Shown here piece after piece: positions 5,703 through 5,811 of a stretch of 5,811 nucleotides of DNA (within the stretch, counting starts at the first letter, position 1; each line of letters opens with the position of its first letter). This DNA comes from Octopus sinensis (Eukaryota). The position numbers were made by a program, and so were the translations under genes. Under the pieces are notes generated by a model, which saw only the letters and a list, made by a program, of their open reading frames with translations, ran no database searches and was not told the origin of the DNA. The stretch spans positions 1 to 5,811 of the forward strand of contig NW_021829722.1 in assembly GCF_006345805.1 (NCBI RefSeq), given 5' to 3'.

Positions 5703-5811
5703 GATGATGGTCTGGAGAGCTTCGAGATCAACCCTGATACCTGGGAAACGCAAGCAGAAAACCACCCTGCCAGGCGAAGCTGCACCAGTGGAGGTACCAT
5801 TTCAAAGAACG
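5703..5811 (+). mobile_element. RTE-clade LINE fragment, C-terminal end of the RT ORF; runs off the window
   Basis: Frame from 5703 reads DDGLESFEINPDTWETQAENHPARRSCTSGGTISKN. This resembles the RTE C-terminal pattern L..F.I.P..WE..A.DR..WR, with W decayed to R (tgg>agg). Confidence 0.75.

Noticed and set aside
1-5811. CRISPR array or other prokaryotic system
   Set aside because: No regularly spaced repeats with unique spacers and no gene-dense organisation; the sequence is eukaryotic repeat DNA.

Overview
Eukaryotic, repeat-dominated and apparently non-coding (intronic or intergenic) DNA. The SINE sequences and very dense microsatellites suggest an octopus/coleoid cephalopod; this comes from recalled SINE families, not a database search. 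About a quarter of the window is compound microsatellite (TA, CA/TG, GATA/TATC, CT/GA). It also holds five tRNA-derived SINE copies from three families, a candidate non-autonomous hAT element (2436-3057), an RTE-clade LINE fragment at the right edge and two degenerate pentamer tracts. None of the supplied ORFs is a credible gene. The most striking unexplained structure is a 159-bp inverted repeat (2764-2922) with a perfect 36-bp inner stem and decayed outer arms, nested in the hAT element between twin (AC)n(AT)n arrays. Also worth checking: a CpG-rich exon-like island (394-571), a 70%-identical 80-bp direct repeat 2.5 kb apart, and an inverted SINE pair able to form dsRNA.
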